Of a stretch of 64,000 nt of DNA, positions 62,451-64,000 are shown one piece after another. The stretch is from Alphaproteobacteria bacterium (GTDB lineage Bacteria > Pseudomonadota > Alphaproteobacteria > UBA828), in assembly GCA_965214705.1 (NCBI GenBank), contig CBDCCI010000001.1, forward strand, positions 512,001 through 576,000, given 5' to 3'. The translations under genes and the position numbers were made by a program. Positions within the stretch are counted from its first letter, which is position 1, and each line of letters starts with the position of its first letter. The notes below the pieces were generated by a model. That model did no database searches. It had not been told where the DNA came from and saw only the letters and a list, made by a program, of their open reading frames with translations.

Positions 62451-64000
62451 CTCGCGCGCTCACGGCGCTCCTCAAGAAATCCCCGTCGTAGTCAAGCCAG
62501 ATTCCGGTATGGGGTCTGCGTACCGCTTACGGTGTACCGCTCTTTCTGGACGAGCTTCGGGAGGCGCTGCGCGATGGCAGCTACCGACCGTCGCCCGCCC
62601 GGCGGAAGTGGATTCCGAAGCCGGGCAAGCCGGGGAAGTTCCGACCCCTTGGTATCCCCACCGTTGCTGACCGCGTGGTGCAATGCGCGGTCAAGAACAT
62701 CCTGGAGCCAATTTTCGAGGCGCGTTTCTGGCAGGTCTCCTACGGGTTCAGGCCCGGACGGGGCTGCCATGGCGCACTCGAACATATCCGGCTGACCACT
62801 CGGACTCACAAGTCGAGAACCGATGGGAAGCTTCGCGACCCTCCCTATCAATGGGTGATTGAAGGCGACATCGAGGGCTGCTTCGACAACATCGGCCATC
62901 ACTACCTGATGGAGCGCGTACGGAAATCCGTTGCGGACCGGAAGGTCAACAGGCTGATCGTGCGGTTCCTCAAAGCCGGGGTATTGGAGGACGTCAACTA
63001 CAATCCGACAACCACCGGCACGCCTCAAGGGGGTGTCCTGTCTCCCCTGCTGGCCAACATCGCGCTGAGCGCGATCGAGGAGCGGTACTGGTGGTGGGTG
63101 AGGCACCCGCATGATCCCAATATCCGGACTGACGGAAGGCGGATGGCCGCGACACGGCGATTTCGGGACAGGGAGGCCGGGCGAACGGTCTTCTACCCGG
63201 TCCGATATGCCGACGACTTCCTGATCTTCGTGGCGGGCGGTTACGACGATGCGGCTGCTGAGAAGCAGGCGCTCGCGGACTGGCTGCGCGAGGAGATGGG
63301 GCTGACGCTATCGGAGGAGAAGACGCGGATCACCAGACTGACGGAAGGATTCCGGTTCCTCGGATGCCGGGTTCGTCTCAAAGGGGACGACCATGACGGC
63401 TACATGTGCCGGGTCGAAATCCCGAAGGAGGCGATCAGTGACTTCTGCCGGCGGATCAAGCAAGTGCTGAATCAGCGGACGCGGACGCGCTCGCTGAGAA
63501 GCGTGCTCCAGGAAATCAATCCAATCCTCCGGGGGTGGGGCCACTACTACCGCCACTGCATCGGGGCCAAGCGCATCCTGTCCAGTCTGGACTGGTATGT
63601 GTGGCGACGGCTCTGGCTGTGGATGCGGGGTAAGCACGACGGCGCCTCCCCGCGACGGGTGTACGCTTCTTGGTCGAGGCCGAGCCGGCAGTATCCCGGC
63701 GCTCGGGTCTGGGCCGATGGCGACACTGAGCTGTACCAAATGGGCCGGATTCCGGTCATGCAGTTCAAGCTCAATTGGATGAAAACTCCTGCCTTCACGA
63801 AAGCCTTTGGCGAGCCGGGTGCATAACGAAAGGTGCACGCCCGGTTCTGAGAGAGGGCGCGAGAAACCTGTGGTGCGTGAGGATCACCAGGCGCTCGCGT
63901 CCTACTCTACCGGACCCTTTGTTTCTTTTCCTGCAAGCGCCGTGACACCGTCGAGGCGAGTGGAGGCGCGGTGCCGGTCGCGGGTGAGAGCGAGCCGTTG

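Larger units (their letters stand above)
59779..62530 (+). mobile_element. IS66-family element (2,752 bp), 8-bp TSD GGTGTACC
   Basis: Same element as 8096-10847; TSD at 59771-59778 and 62531-62538. Confidence 0.97.
59546..63826 (+). pseudogene. Intron-encoded reverse transcriptase/maturase without endonuclease domain, split by IS66
   Basis: NKGRRTPGVDG | IPKPGK..FRPLGIPTVADR, EGDIEGCFDNI, GTPQGGVLSPLLANI, RYADDF, NPILRGWGHYY. Confidence 0.94.
58930..63910 (+). mobile_element. Group II intron (IIB-type) with RT ORF interrupted by IS66
   Basis: 5' GTGCG; EBS1 TCCGTC (59256-61) pairs with IBS1 GACGGA (58924-29); EBS2 GATGTCC (59196-202) pairs with GGACATC (58915-21); D5 GAGCCGGGTGC..GAAAG..GCACGCCCGGTTC; 3' CCTACTCTAC. 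Confidence 0.93.

Overview
A high-GC window, probably alphaproteobacterial (inferred), made almost entirely of nested mobile DNA. It sits in a plasmid/ICE-type backbone (toprim-primase fragment, ssb, DUF2493/SLOG gene). No rRNA, tRNA or CRISPR array was found. Resolved layers: (i) two near-identical 2,666-bp elements pairing a tyrosine recombinase with an IS91 transposase. One splits a four-Zn-ribbon protein gene and carries an IS110, which carries an IS66. (ii) Two divergent IS66-like elements with only TnpC plus a coupled DUF4338/DruA-like gene. Each has a perfect 201-220 bp terminal inverted repeat copied from the 3' end of its own passenger gene, and an 8-bp TSD outside it. This is the most unusual architecture seen. 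(iii) Two separate tandem pairs of intact tyrosine integrases. One defines a 15.5-kb integrative mobilisable element (MobF relaxase, three RHH proteins, 10-bp att core) inserted in the DUF2493 gene. (iv) A Slam/TbpB-like surface-lipoprotein locus whose Slam is broken by IS1634, plus a second Slam-type cargo (zincin lipoprotein) inside an IS1595. (v) A group IIB intron with visible EBS/IBS pairings whose RT is split by IS66. (vi) An orphan mreB with LysR, anti-sigma and IHF-like genes. Family names come from recognising motifs by eye; no searches were run.
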